A stretch of 64,000 nucleotides of DNA from Eutreptiella sp. 'Long Island Sound 2002' (GCA_964036045.1 OZ038378.1:103974001-104038000), one strand, 5' to 3'. Positions 23,968-37,961 are shown, counted from the stretch's first letter. The notes: generated by a model from the sequence alone, not told the origin. Numbers and translations are program-made.

Positions 23968-26900
23968 CTTGATGCTAGCTTGCAAGTATCGCCATCACGG
24001 CACGGTCACGTGGGCCGGCCGCGCTCTCCCCCCCCCGTGACGATGATGGCTGGGCTGTTGGGCTGTTGGCAACACATACGGTGTGTATGCAACGGACTTA
24101 GTCCCATCGTTTCATTTGTCTTCACTGCCGAACCCAACAAGACCGGACCCAACTAGGACGCAAGGTACCAGATGTCACATTGCCCCGTCCTCCCGGCCCG
24201 GAGTGCCGTAAAAAGGCCAATGAAGGTTACAACGAGAATGCCCGAGATTGCTATTTTTTAGTTTGTTTTGTGGTACCTCTAAATAACCTTACCAAGGTTG
24301 TTAGATCAAAACCAAATAGCTACGAACATATGGGCAAATGTTGGGGGGCATGGTGTAGGCATGTTTGGACGCCTTCGTGTACTGCCTTTGCGGTGTGTAC
24401 TGGGGCTTACTTACGGCGCACATGACAGTGCCCCAAGGGAAGACGTCCGAATCGGAAGGTTTGCTATTCCCGCATGACGGCTTGACTGGATCTGGCGCTA
24501 TGTATGCGTTGCAGTAAATGTTTGGGCCCCTTGCCTAGGAATGTGCAGTGGGTGCAACACCGCTCACAGCTAGGCGCGCCATTGGGCCAGCATGGGGTCC
24601 AAGATTATGTGTTGGACCTAGTGCATTGTTCCAATGCATTGCCGTGGTTGTTTTGCTTGGGCGAGGTCTCCTGGGCCGATCGCGCCCTCAACTACGTTGC
24701 CTTTATGGCAAGGGCGGTTTTGGCGTCTCGAAACCACACCCCGTTAGGTGAACCGGCTGACCGGTTGACCGGCTTGCTAAAAAAGCACAGAACGACGGGT
24801 GCGTTACTCCGCGGGGACCCACGGTCCAGTGCTGCTTTTTACTCCTACTAGGGGCGGGGTTCTGTGCACGGCCATCCGTGCGCTCCTACTTTGCAACCGT
24901 CCATGACATGGCATGGTAGCTATTGCGGCTTTCTCTTGTGCAGATCGCTACTCAAGGGCACGGGCGCTTTGGTGCTAGCAGTGCACTTGTCTCTGGGGGT
25001 GGGTGGTTGTGCCCCTAGTACACTCGGGGGCTACAAAAATGGTTCGCTAGCCGGCCGTTCCGCGGGGGGGGGGGGGGGCTCCAATGCCGAGCGGACCCTT
25101 CCCCATCAAACTGACATGGCCCTCGCACCGCGTGGCGCCAAATGGGCAGGTGCTTATAGGAAGGATGGCCCTTGGGCATCGCGTGGTGCCCCACGGGGCC
25201 CACTCAGCACCCACGTTCCATGCCATAGCAGAGCTACGTGCACCAGTGACATGATGGCCATCCATGCCCTCGACACACGATTCCTGCTGTGCCGAACCCT
25301 TCGCCTGAACGGCCATGGCGCTGCACCACTCGAACTAGATGTCAGTTGCTTGGGCCCGTTAGGAGTCATCCACCCTCCATCGGCTGCACGGAGTAATCAG
25401 CTACGAAACAGCAATCGCTTGCTAGCCACAATCCCAGCACTGCACGGTTTTGCCATACTCACGCTTTTTTGCCCTAGACTGGGGGGGCTGGATCGATGAC
25501 CCTCATGTCTTGCCCATAGAATCGCATGTGCCCCCACCCCAACACCTTGAGGGATCCTAGCGTGGTCGCGCTTGGAAGCATCCACACTGCATGCCATTTT
25601 CATTGTTGCCTCCGCGCCTCGTAGGTGTACCATGCGGCCTAAGGGAGTGGCTGGGCACCACATTTCAAATTTCAGCTTACCGTGCCGTGGCTTGAGTTGC
25701 GAGCTCCCACAGTACTAGACCTTTTTGCAGATCCCGAGTGCCATGCGGCGTCAATGGGCTAGGCCAAAGAGACCTTCTCCCGATTGAAACAACGAATCCC
25801 CCCCGCCCCACCTAGAAGGGGGAGTGCACCACGCCGAAACACCATCCCCCACAAGCCCGGTTTTCTTTCACTCTAGCCTTTGGCGCTATCACTAGCAGCC
25901 ACAAGCGCCGCCTTCTCGCCCGCGCGACGACCGATGCTCCGCCAGTGGCAACTCATTAGGGTGAGCACCGAATAAATGTAGTCCCAAACACCTCTTCCCT
26001 CTTCGCAGCCGTGTCTGATGAGCAAGGGCACGACCGCAGTGTAAGACACCAAACCTCTCGTCCGCCCACCTTCCCGCCGTGCGCCCTCTATGCATAGTCC
26101 GGTGGACGTTAACAAGAGATATCCACAAAGGGTTGTTGTTACGCAGCATAGTGGCACCCGAAGCTCAGTTGGTGAGGGTTGTTACATCAAGGCCAAATGG
26201 GCCCGCACAAGGGGGGGGACAGGAAAAAAATCACTCCGGCAGGCGAACTTGCAACCCAGTAGGGGGGGGACAAGTGTTGCGGTTGAAAAAAAAACACTCC
26301 AGGTTGAAAAAGTTCCCGGTTTGGTGGGGTGTTTTTGGGGACCGTTGTTGGGGATGAAAAACTGCATGGCGCATAGTTAATCGCCCCTGAGTGATTGCGG
26401 CATTGGAGGTCTTGGCGGACGGTTCATTAAACAGGGTAACTCTCCCTAAGCTTGGAAGCTTAGAGCTGGCAATGCAGCTATGCCGCAATCAAGAGATCCC
26501 CTGTTTGGGCAGTACGCCATTTTTTTTTATGGCGTACTGCCCAAACAGGGACCCGCGGAGCCGCCGTCCACAGTTGTGCGTCTTGCTCACACGTTGTTTG
26601 TCCGTTTGGAAGTGGGTGTGGGTGCGTCAGGGACTCATTCTGGTTTCACATCTGCAAAATAGTTGCTTGTGGTGATTCGTGGTTTGCTGGAGTGTGACCG
26701 GGCTATGTGGTTGTACCCATGGCCTGTGGGAGCTCCGAGACAGTGCGACATCCCCTCCTCCCCTTTTTTGTCGCACATACCATACAACCTTGCCTTTCCT
26801 CACAACGGTTGATATGCGTGCATCTCCCCCCTTGGCTCCCCTCACCATTGCCGCAGCATGGCGCAACCGCGACATCCCGACGAAGAAGTGGCAGTGCCCC

Positions 26901-29900
26901 TGTGGCAAGGTCCTGCCCATAGTGCAGAAACCCAGAGAGCAAGGCATACAGCATCCCAGCATACCGACTAGGTACGGTACGGCAAAAGTCGTGCCGGAGT
27001 TCGTTCAGGGTAGCATCAGCGCGGACCCTCCCCTACTGAGTTTGCTGATCCGCGTAGACAAGCATCAGCAGCTCCTAGGAGCTGTCCGAGTTGCATCTAC
27101 CTTGGCCGCGGCTTCTGCAGCCGCTGTAGTACGACTGGGGCCCATTCACCAGGTGCCAAACCTGGATGTAGACTATGCAATGGACATGGACCCCGACCTT
27201 GACGCCGTGATTCCTCTTTGCGAGCGCAAGTTTCCCGGGGTTCTCCCTAGGCAGACCCCCACCCTGCAGCAGCTGCGGCGGATGTACCCCGTCATGCGGC
27301 GCAACTACGATAAGACGCCCTGGGAGTTCGGCGTCCGCAGAGGGCTATTCGCCCTGGATTGCCGCAAAGATGGTCGTTGGGACGACATAGCGGGCCGCTA
27401 TGGCCCCCATTTGCCGTGCCTGGGTTTGCTACCCGGGAAGCATGCAGCTAGGCTGAACGGCTGGATGAACACCGCCATCGACCCAAAGGGCACGGAGCCC
27501 CATTACCGGCACGGGCCCCACGTCCTGTCCCGCCGCCTCAACGAGGTTAACGATAGGGGGTACGTGGCCCAGGAGAGCCTGGGCCACTTGCGCGAGGACC
27601 TGCACCAGTTCCGGCAGCGTTGCGAGACGTGCACGGCGCTCGCTTTGACCATCGCGGACGACGACCGTCCGCTTGCTGGGCGTCGTGCAGCACGGCTTCT
27701 GCAGGCGGGGTGGGCTTCAGCCAGTGCTGGGGCACCTATGCGATGCCTCTCCTCTGTTTGAGGCGCGCCTTCCACCCCTGTCGTAGCTGGGCAGGTACCC
27801 AACGTTGTTCAGTGCCTGCAACAGCTTGGAGCGCCCAACAGCCAGTGCTGCTAGCGCCGCAGCATCCCTGTCCCGGTCATCCCCGGATTGCACGCTCTAG
27901 GGGTCCTCTGCCATCCCTGTGTTGGTTATCCCCACGTGCGGCAGGTTCAAGGCAGAGCATTGCCATGCTGTTCGGAAACACATGGCTGCGCTGTGCAGCA
28001 ATGCAGCATTTCGGGACCGCCATGGTTTTCTCCTGTCTGCAGATACGGACGGTGACGCACGGCGGTCCCGTGAGATGCAAACGGTACTGTATGCCGAGGG
28101 TGCTAGCACCCTCTCCTGGATGCCTCAGATTCCACACATTCCATTCTAAACGGATACGTTCGGGATGTGTGGGAACTTCGACCCCCCCCAACTTGATGAA
28201 ACGGGCGTCCCACATGTTGGGGGGGACTTCCCTTGTTTTGCAGGGAGAGTTGTCTTATGGTGTGCTGCAGGAGCTGCATAACCATTGTGACGACCCCAAG
28301 CCTGTCTTGCCCCCCCTTGCCACATGACAAACAAGAGGTAGAGCCCGCATTTGGCCTCCTGAAATCCATGGCTGCAGCCCTCGACAACCTTAACCTACCG
28401 CCCCCTCTAGTCCATGCCGCCGGCGATGCCGTTGTTTTGGGTACGGCACTACAAAAATTCATAGGGGGGGTTTATAACACAGAGCTGCCGCCAACGGTAG
28501 CACTGGAAAACATCGCCGAAGCTGCATACATCATTTACCTCATCCAGCTTCGGTGCCAACCGTTCCGGGATTGCTGGTACTTGCATTTTGTTCTCACAGT
28601 CCAAGCGTTCTTAGTGATTGCCGCCTTTTTGCAGTTGCCGGCGAAAAAGGGGCGTGGGGCACAAAAAATTTTTGCTTGTCTGTGTGGCAGCCACAGAGCA
28701 GAGGACGGCTTCTGCCTTGTGAGGACAAAGTCCGTCGACCGCAACTTCTCGGTGGCTGAGCTGGCAGTACGGTTGTCGGCTTGATGCTAGCTTGCAAGTA
28801 TCGCCATCACGGCACGGTCGCGTGGGCCGGCCGCGCTCTCCCCCCCCCTTGACGATGATGGCTGGGCTGTTGGCAACACATACGGTGTGTATGCAACGGA
28901 CTTAGTCCCATCGTTTCATTTGTCTTCACTGCCGAACCCAACAAGACCGGACCCAACTAGGACGCAAGGTACCAGATGTCACATTGCCCCACCCTCCCGG
29001 CCCGGAGTGCCGTAAAAAGGCCAATGAAGGTTACAACGAAAATGCCCGAGATTGCTATTTTTGGTTTGTTTTGTGGTACCTCTAAATAACCTTACCAAGG
29101 TTGTTAGATCAAAACCAAATAGCTACGAACATATGGGCAAATGTTGGGGGGCATGGTGTAGGCATGTTTGGACGCCTTCGTGTACTGCCTTTGCGGTGTG
29201 TACTAGGGCTTACTTACGGCGCACATGACAGTGCCCCAAGGGAAGACGTCCGAATCAGAAGGTTTGCTATTCCCGCACGACGGCTTGCCTGGATCTGGCG
29301 CTATGTATGCGTTGCAGTAAATGTTTGGGCCCCTTCCCTAGGGATGTGCAGTGGGTGCAACACCGCTCACAGCTAGGCGCGCCATTGGGCTAGCATGGGG
29401 TCCAAGATTATGTGTTGGACCTAGTGCATTGTTCCAATGCATTGCCGTGGTTGTTTTGCTTGGGCGAGGTCTCCTGGGCCGATCGCGCCCTCAACTACGT
29501 TGCCTTTATGGCAAGGGCGGTTTTGGCGTCTCGAAACCACACCCCGTTAGGTGAACCGGCTGACCGGTTGACCGGCTTGCTAAAAAAGCACAGAACGATG
29601 GGTGCGTTACTCCGCGGGGACCCACGGTCCAGTGCTGCTTTTTACTCCTACTAGGGGCGGGGTTCTGTGCACGGCCATCCGTGCGCTCCTAGTTTGCAAC
29701 CGTCCATGACATGGCATGGTAGCTATTGCGGCTTTCTCTTGTGCAGATCGCTACTCAAGGGCACGGGCGCTTTGGTGCTAGCAGTGCACTTGTCTCTGGG
29801 GGTGGGTGGTTGTGCCCCTAGTACACTCGGGGGCTACAAAAATGGTTCGCTAGCCGGCCGTTCCGCGGGGGGGGGCTCCAATGCCGAGCGGACCCTTCCC

Positions 29901-32900
29901 CATCAAACTGACATGGCCCTCGCACCGCGTGGCGCCAAATGGGCAGGTGCTTATAGGCAGGATGGCCCTTGGGCATCGCGTGGTGCCCCACGGAGCCCAC
30001 TCAGCACCCAATTCGATGCCATAGCAGAGCTACGTGCACCAGTGACATGATGGCCATCCATGCCCTCGGCACACGATTCCTGCTGTGCCGAACCCTTCGC
30101 CCGAACGGCCATGGCGCTGCACCACTCGAACTAGATGTTAGTTGCTTGGGCCCGTTAGGAGTCATCAGCCCTCTAGCGGCTGCACGGAATAGTCAGCTAC
30201 GAAACAGCAATCGCTTTTTGGCCACAATCCCAGCACTGCACGGTTTTGCCATACTCACGCTTTTTTGCCCTAGACTGGGGGGGGCGGGATCGATGACCCT
30301 CATTTCTTGCCCATAGAATCGCATGTGCCCCCACCCCAACACCTTGAGGGATCCTAGCGTGGTCGCGCTTGGAAGCATCCACACTGCATGCCATTTTCAT
30401 TGTTGCCTTCGCGCCTCGTAGGTGTACCATGCGGCCTAAGGGAGTGGCTGGGCACCACATTTCAAATTTCAGCTTACCGTGCCGTGGCTTGAGTTGCGAG
30501 CTCCCACAGTACTAGACCTTTTTGCACATCTCGAGTGCCATGCGGCGTCAATGGGCTGGGCCAAAGAGACCTTCTCCCCATTGAAACAACGAATCCTCCC
30601 CGCCCCACCTAGAAGGGGGAGTGCACCACGCCGAAACACCATCCCCCACAAGCCCGGTTTTCTTTCACTCTAGCCTTTGGCGCTATCACTAGCAGCCACG
30701 AGCGCCGCCCCCTCGCCCGCGCGACGACCGATGCTCGGCCAGTGGCAGCTCATTAGGGTGAGCACCGAATAAATGTAGTCCCAAACACCTCTTCCCTCTT
30801 CGCAGACGTGTTTGATGAGCAAGGGCACGACCGCAGTGTAAGACACCAAACCTCTCGTCCGCCCACCTTCCCGCCGTGCGCCCTCTATGCATAGTCCAGT
30901 GGACGTTAACAAGAGATATCGCGAAAGGGTTGTTGTTACGCAGCATAGTGGCACCCGAAGCTCAGTTGGTGAAGGTTGTTACATCAAGGCCAAATGGGCC
31001 CGCACAAGGGGGGGGACAGGAAAAAAATCACTCCGGCAGGCGAGTTTTCAACCCAGTAGGGGGGGGACAAGTGTTGCGGTTGAAAAAAAAACACTCCAGG
31101 TTGAAAAAGTTCCCGGTTTGCCGGGGTGTTTTTGGGGACCGAAAGTTCATTCCAGCGGATGGGGGGAACAAGTGTCGCGGTTGAAAAAAAAAACCCCGAA
31201 GTTGAAAAAGGTCCCGGTTGGGTGGGGTGTTTTTGGGGACCGTTGTTGGGGTTGAAAAACTGCATGGCGCATAGTTAATCGCCCCTTAGTGATTACGGCA
31301 TTGGAGGTCCTGGCGGACGGTTCATTAAACAGGGTAACTCTCCCTAAGCTTGGAAGCTTAGAGCTGGCAATGCAGCTATGCCGCAATCCAGAGATCCCCT
31401 GTTTGGGCAGTACGCCACATTTTCTTTATGGCGTACTGCCCAAACAGGGGCCCCCGGAGCCGCCGTCCACACTTGTGCGTCTTGCTCACACGTTGTTCGT
31501 CCGTTTGGAAGTGGGTCTGGGTGGGTCAGGGACTCATTCAGGTTTCACATCTGCAAAATAGTTGCTTGTGGTGATTCGTGGTTTGCTGGAGTGTGACCGG
31601 GCTATGTGGTTGTACCCATGGCCTGTGGGAGCTCCGAGACAGTGCGACGTCCCCTCCTCCCCTTTTTTGTCGCACGTACCATACAACCTTGCCTTTCCTC
31701 ACAATGGTTGATATGCGTGCATCTCCCCCCTTGGCTCCCCTCACCATTGCCGCAGGATGGCGCAACCGCGACATCCCGAAAAAGAAGTGGCAGTGCCCCT
31801 GTGGCAAGGTCCTGCCCATAGTGCAGAAACCCAGAGAGCAAGGCATACAGCATCCCGGCATACCGACTGGGTACGGTACGGCAAAAGTCGTGCCGGAGTT
31901 CTGTCAGGGTAGCATCAGCGCGGACCCTCCCCTACTACGACCGTCCGCTTGCTGGGCGTCGTGCAGCATGGCTTCTGCAGGCGGGGTGGGCTCCAGCCAG
32001 TGCTGGGGCACCTATGCGATGCCTCGAGTGTGCAATCCCGGGATGACCGGGACAGGGATGCTGCGGCGCTAGCAGCACTGGGTGTTGGGCGCTCCAAGCT
32101 GTTGCAGGCACTGAACAACGTTTGGTACTTGCCCAGCTACGACAGGGGTCGAAGGCGCGCCTCATACAGAGGAGGGGTCCTCTGCCATCCCTGTGTTGGT
32201 CATCCCCACGTGCGGCAGGTTCAAGGCACAGCGTTGCCATGCTGTTTTCGGAAACACATGGCTGCGCTGTGCAGCAATGCAGCATTTCGGGACCGCCATG
32301 GTTTTCTCCTGTCTGCAGATACGGACGGTGACGCACGGCGGTCCCGTGAGATGCAAACGGTACTGTATGCCGAGGGTGCTAGCACCCTCTCCTGGATGCC
32401 TGAGATTCCACACATTCCATTCTAAACGGATGTGTTCGGATTTGTGGGAACTTCGACCCCCCCCAACTTGATGAAACGGGCGTCCCACATGTTTGGGGGG
32501 ACTTCCCTTGTTTTGCAGGGAGAGTTTTCTTATGGTGTGCTGCAGGAGCTGCATAACCATTGTGACGACCCCAAGCCTGTCTTGCCCCCCCTTGCCACAG
32601 GACAAACAAGAGGTAGAGCCCGCATTTGGCCTCCTGAAATCCATGGCTGCAGCCCTCAACAACCTTAACCTACCGCCCCCTCTAGTCCATGCCGCCGGCG
32701 ATGCCGTTGTTTTGGGTACGGCACTACAAAAATTCATAGGGGGGGTTTATAACACAGAGCTGCCGCCAACGGTAGCACTGGAAAACATCGCCGAAGCTGC
32801 ATACATCATTTACCTCATCCAGCTTCGGTGCCAACCGTTCCGGGATTGCTGGTACTTGCATTTTGTTCACACAGTCCAAGCGTTCCTAGTGATTGCCGCC

Positions 32901-33054
32901 TTTTTGCAGTTGCCGGCGAAAAAGGGGCGTGGGGCACAAAAATTTTTCCTTGTCTGTGTGGCAACCACAGGGCAGAGGACGGCTTTTGCCTTGTGAGGAC
33001 AAAGTCCGTCGACCGCAACTTCTCGGTGGCTGAGCTGGCAGTACGGTTGTCCGC
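23968..33054. repeat. Tandem segmental duplication: copy 1 at 23968-28779, copy 2 at 28780-33054
   Basis: Both copies start cttgatgctagcttgcaagtatcgcc and are closely similar by eye. Copy 2 lacks the equivalent of 27038-27660 and has an extra ~100-bp duplication at ~31140-31240; copy 1 has a ~147-bp inversion at 27751-27897. Confidence 0.95.
26679..28779 (+). pseudogene. P-element-like transposase, copy 1 (3'-truncated, with an internal inversion)
   Basis: 360-aa N-terminal ORF, then LSADTDGDARR (DGDxRR catalytic-Asp motif), TPPNLMKR (cf. DxxHxxKR) and LCGSHRAEDGFCLVRTKSVDRNFSVAELAVRLS (cf. GxDxLExxFGxxRT, catalytic-Glu region). Confidence 0.65.
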
Positions 33055-34562
33055 TGCACTGGTTGTAGCCACAATCTACAGCCGCCACGGAACCTGGCAG
33101 GCAGAAGCCGTCTCGCTATTCGTCCATTCACCGCGTGCGGCTGCGCCACTACACGGCAGACATGGACATCAGCCGGGTAGACCTGCCCTCGGTGTGCCAC
33201 ACGGCTGTCGACAAGGCTTTGGCCGTTGTCCGTTTGTGGTGGCCTGGTGCAGCGTACCGTGAACCTAAGCAGGGCAACTTTTTCGAACTGTTCGGGGTGG
33301 GGCTTCTGCATGTTGACGCTGATCATGTCTGAGTGACCGCAGGGGATAGTGGGGGTGGGCAAATAGAGTACGATGTGGATACATGCGCTGACCTATTTTG
33401 GGAACCTCAACGGGGGCGAATTGTGTATGAGGGGCGCGACATGCATATTATGAGTGCGGTAGATCTGCACATCAATAGGAAGTATGTCCGGCGGTCAGCT
33501 GACCGACTTGCCAGGATTGCTGGCATTCTGGCTGTAAGGGGGGGCCCGGACCCCACAATGGGCCCGGCTCAGTTGTGGAAGTGCTGCCCGTTTGTGGCAA
33601 TTTTGTACCTGCCACGGCAACCGGCACAGAGTGCGCCATTTTTGCTCACCTTTTCCTCTGCACCCATTGGTGGACGGAATGTCACTAACCCCTCCCATTA
33701 GGAGCTCGCAACGGGCGCGGCGTTCGTGATAGGGATGCCGGAGAGATTTGTTTGCAGGGAGGGGGATGGGATGCTGGTATGGGAAGGGGCGGGGGGGAAT
33801 TTGATGCAGGTGAAATATACTCCCTGTGAGTGGGTGACCCCTGACCTTGGAAAGGGGGTGTGGGTTTTGCAAGCGGGGTTCCTGGATAGCTGTGCGCAGC
33901 AGCTAACCCCCAAAACACAAGCAGCTCCACTGCTGCCGAGGCAGGTTGTTGCCTACGAGGGTGTTACGATGCTGCCTGCAACGGTTCGTAGGCGGGATGG
34001 GGAGGTTGTGTGCCGCGTGCCTGGTTGTGGGAAGATAGTACCGCTGGGGAGGATGTGGATTCACATTGCATTCCACCTGCACTCAGAAACACTCCACCCC
34101 CCTTGCTGTGGATTTTGCGCGCTAATCGGCTGTGTCCTCTGTATGCGTCGAGTAAAGGGGGGGGAACCACCGGCGCAGCCGGTTTCTTGTGCAAACAGGT
34201 TTTTTTGTAAGTTCAGCATGCGGGCAGCCCGCAAGCAGGGCGTGCAGGCACTGCCTGTGGAGTGTCCTGTCCAGGGGTGCGGCTGGCAAGGGCGCCACAA
34301 CATGCGCCGCCACTGCGAGTAGGTACACACGGACCACCAGGTGCTTGACGAGCGCACCGCGCAATGGGACTGGGGCCCGGAGGAGCTGATTTCCCTGGGG
34401 GAGGGCGAGGGGGCTTTTGGGACAATAAGAGAAAATCCCGGTGGACGCAGGCGGAAACGAAGCAGGAGCCCAAAAAAATGCGCACTGCTCTCCGGGACGC
34501 CCTGCAAGGTGACAGGGGAAGGAAGGGGGGACCGTCCCTGCGCCGCCCCGGGCACGGGTTAG
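31578..34562 (+). pseudogene. P-element-like transposase, copy 2 (internal deletion; retains the C-terminal Cys/His-rich domain)
   Basis: Same DGDARR and RAEDGFCLVRT motifs, continuing RLSAALVVATIYSRHGTW, RRSADRLARIAG and CRVPGCGK..MWIHIAFHL...CCGFC...C...SC...PVECPVQGC...NMRRHCE*VH. This C-terminal layout matches my recollection of fungal P-like transposases. Confidence 0.65.
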
Positions 34563-34933
34563 CCTGGATGATTCCGAGGCCTCGGCGGCCCTTCAGAGGG
34601 GATCTGACTAGGGTCGAAGGGACCTGAGGCGGGCAGAGGCACAGGATCAGGACTTCTTGCCGGGGGACTCCTCGTCCTCGGACTCCTCGTCCTCTGAGGG
34701 GTCGTCTGATGGGTCTGCCTCAGGGGAGGGTGAACACACTGACCTACGGGCATCCCAGTCCTCTGCTGCGCCATCAGGGGGAAGTAGAAATCTCTCGCAA
34801 GCCTCTGCCAGCCAAAGGGACCCGTCGCCGCCCGGTCTACTATCTCAGCGTCTAGCACTAGTAGTCGGGGTGGCCCCCACGCCCCAACCCATGTGTGCTC
34901 CCCCAACCCCCCCCACGCCGCCGCCCGCCCGTC

Positions 34934-35280
34934 AAGTAGGCGTTTGGCACCCGTGACCCTCTCTTTCCAGCTCGCCATGTTGTCTAGCCCCTGTAGCGTG
35001 CCCTCTTCTGTCCCCTCCAGCCATTCCTTCTCGGACGGCTGGGGAGATTGGCCGAAGCTCCTTCGGTTCGGAGACCAACGCGCGTCGCCACCGTGGGACT
35101 CTGACAAGTAGGCGTTTGGCACCCGTGACCCTCTCTTTCCAGCTCGCCATGTTGTCTAGCCCCTTTAGCGTGCCCCCTTCTGTCCCCTCCAGCCGTTCCT
35201 TCCCGGACGGCCGGGGAGATTTGCCGAAGCTCGTGCGGTTCGGAGACCAACGCGCGTCGCCACCGTGTGACTCTGACGCT
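34934..35280. repeat. 172-bp direct tandem duplication
   Basis: caagtaggcgtttggcacccgtgaccctctctttccagctcgccatg occurs at 34934 and 35106. Confidence 0.9.
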
Positions 35281-37019
35281 GAGAAGTGTCTTAGCGAACT
35301 GGCCTCGCCCCAACCTCCATTGCCCACACCGCCCCCCTCTCCCCCTCCACCCAGCCGCGCACCAACCTCTCCAAGTGCTCTGCCCAGACCCCACTCAACT
35401 CCATACCAGGTAGCCCTGGAAGCCGTGGAGGAGGCCCTAATGTGCACTGCCGTGCCACCGCCATCCCCCCCACGACCCCCCAAGTACGTACCCAAGGACC
35501 CCCCCACCCCCTCCAAACCCACTTTTCACGGGCCCTACAGTGCCAAAACACTGCAGCTCATCCGGGAGAATCACGGGGGTGGGGTTCATAATTTAGTAGA
35601 TGGGGTGCTGAACCGCCGAGCGATGTATCGGTTTGCGGTTCAGCAACCCAAGAACCCCTTCCGGGTGTGGCAGGAGGGCATGCGAATTAGCCGTTCGCAT
35701 TTCCTAACTAGGGACGAGGAGCATGCAGCCTGGTGCTTGAAATCCTGTGTGCTACCCCAAAACCCCCCCGTATACCCAAGCTGCCCCCTCAACATGTTCC
35801 TCGTCGGCCACCGCCCCCTCCAGCCAGTGATCAGGTGACACTGGCCCAGTATAGCAGGCACCGCCGTTCCTCACTACTCCCACTGGCTCCCGGCCCAAAG
35901 CGGCCGTGCCCCATCCCGCAGCTTGGCTCGTTGCTCAAGCGGCGAGGCTCTTAGTACGCCCCCCCCACCGCAGAGGCCCCAATTTGGGTCATTGCTCCCT
36001 GCGCAAGCCCCCCCGCAGCGACGCCGGACTTTGGCGAGACGTTCCAATTTCCAGCCCTTCGGCAACGCCTGAGGATATGGACCTTTACGGTGTTTTTCAA
36101 CACCACCAGCCAGTCGGGCAGAACTGAAAACCCCTGCACTGCTGATTGATGGTACTCGACGAAACGTGCCGAGCCAAAAGCTAGTTCATTGGTGTATCAC
36201 GCCATTCTGTACACCTGAGGGGGCGCCGCAGCCGCTGCAAAAGGAATCGGCACCATTGGAGACGGGCACTCAGAGAACGGTGAGGGACAAGTTGGACGTT
36301 TTGGGTTTTTTTTTGCCTTTTTTGCCTCCTTGCAACGCATCCAGCGGCTAGTGAAACGGAGCATTGGAGGCGCACAACATCTGAAATCACGGGACTGTTT
36401 TGGAAGCAACCCTTTTTCCTCTCCACTCCCTTTTGTAGTACACCTACAAGCTTATACAATGCCCGGGAGAGAAAAGAACACGCGGAGGACCCCAAAGATC
36501 ACCCCATATCGGGGCAAGCAAGAGCACAAGATTATCCCCTTTGAGGGGAAGGCGGGGCACAAAGAGGAGAAGAAGGAAAAGGAGAAGAAGGTGCAGAGGA
36601 TCATCCCTTTCCAAGGGAAGGCAAGGAAGGAAGAGGAGAAGGAAGGAAAGCCCTTGCCCTTTGAAGGGAAAGGAAAGAAGGAGGAGGAGAAGGAAGAAAA
36701 GCATTAGAAGAAGGTGCAGAGGATCATCCTGTTTGAAGGAAAAGCAAAGGAGAAGAAGGAGACCCTCGCCACTTTGTTTGGCGAGCGGATGTTGGGCAGC
36801 ATGCCCAGCGACGAGGTTGGGATCGCCCCGGCAGACCCACCCCAGCCCCGCCCATCGGCCTACCGACGGGCCGACCGAGGGATCATTCGCCCCTTCCGCG
36901 GGGGAGTGCCACGGTGCCACAACGGTGTTTGTCAACACCACGATCCCTCCCACCATGACATGACATGGACAGAGCGTTACTGGATAGATAGCGACCAGAA
37001 GGAAGAAACCTTTGCACTG

Positions 37020-37920
37020 TTGACTGGTGACATTCCAGGCGTCGTGATCTGCTAATGGGGAGTCTGGGTTGAAGTGAGGGCATTATGTGTACCTCAGGGG
37101 GCGCCGCAGCCTCTGCAAGAGGAATCGGGTCCATCGGAGACGGGCACTCAAAGCACTGTGAGGGACAAGTTCGACGCTGTGGGGGTTCATTGCCTTTTTT
37201 TGCTTGCAATGTATCTAGCAGGTGGGGTGAAAACCTCTGCACTACCGATTGGTGACATTTGGGGCGTCGTGATCTGCCAATGGGGAGTCTGGATTGAAGT
37301 GAGGACATTATCTGTACCCTAGGGGGCGCCGCAGCCACTTCAAGGGGAATCGGGTCCATGGGAGACGGGCACTTAGAACACTGTGAGGGACAAGTTCGAC
37401 GCCTTCGGGGTTCATTGCCTTGTTTTGCTTTCTTTTGCTTGCAATGCATCTAGCAGGTAGGGTGAACACCTCTGCACCGCTGACTGCTGACATTTGAAGC
37501 GTTGTGATCTGCTAATCGGGAGTCTGGGTTGAAATGAGGGCATTATGTGTACCCCAGGGGGCGCTGCAGCCACTGCAAGAGGAATCGGCTCCATCGGAGA
37601 CGGGCACTCACAGCACTGTGAGGGACACGTTCGACGCTTTGGGGGTTCATTGCTTTTTTTTTTTTGCTTTCTTTTGCTTGCAATGCATCTGGCAGGTAGG
37701 GGGAAAACCTCTGCACTGCTGACTGCTGACAGCTGAAGCGTTGTGATCTGCCAATGGGGAGTTTGGGTTGAAGTGAGGGCATTATGTGTACCCCAGAGGG
37801 CGCCGCAGCCGCTGCAAAAGGAATGGGGTCCATTGGAGACGGTCACGCAAAGAACTTTGAGGGACAAAGTCGACGCTTTAAGGGTTGTTGGCCGCTTGTG
37901 AGGGACAAGTTTGGCGCCTT
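37020..37920. repeat. 225-240-bp tandem repeat, ~4 copies, with a partial copy at ~36205-36320
   Basis: The anchor gtgatctgc recurs at 37044, 37269, 37504 and 37743. Confidence 0.9.
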
Positions 37921-37961
37921 GCCCTGTGCAGACACATGTGTTGCTGACAAGCGTTCAGGGG

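Noticed and set aside
29140-29450. SET-domain-like fragment (HGVGMFG...)
   Set aside because: No NHSC or ELxxDY motif recoverable; too weak. The Ulp1-like reading of the same unit in another frame is equally weak.
30479-30673. DNA methyltransferase motif I (VLDLFA)
   Set aside because: No GxG after it and no PC or NPPY motif downstream.
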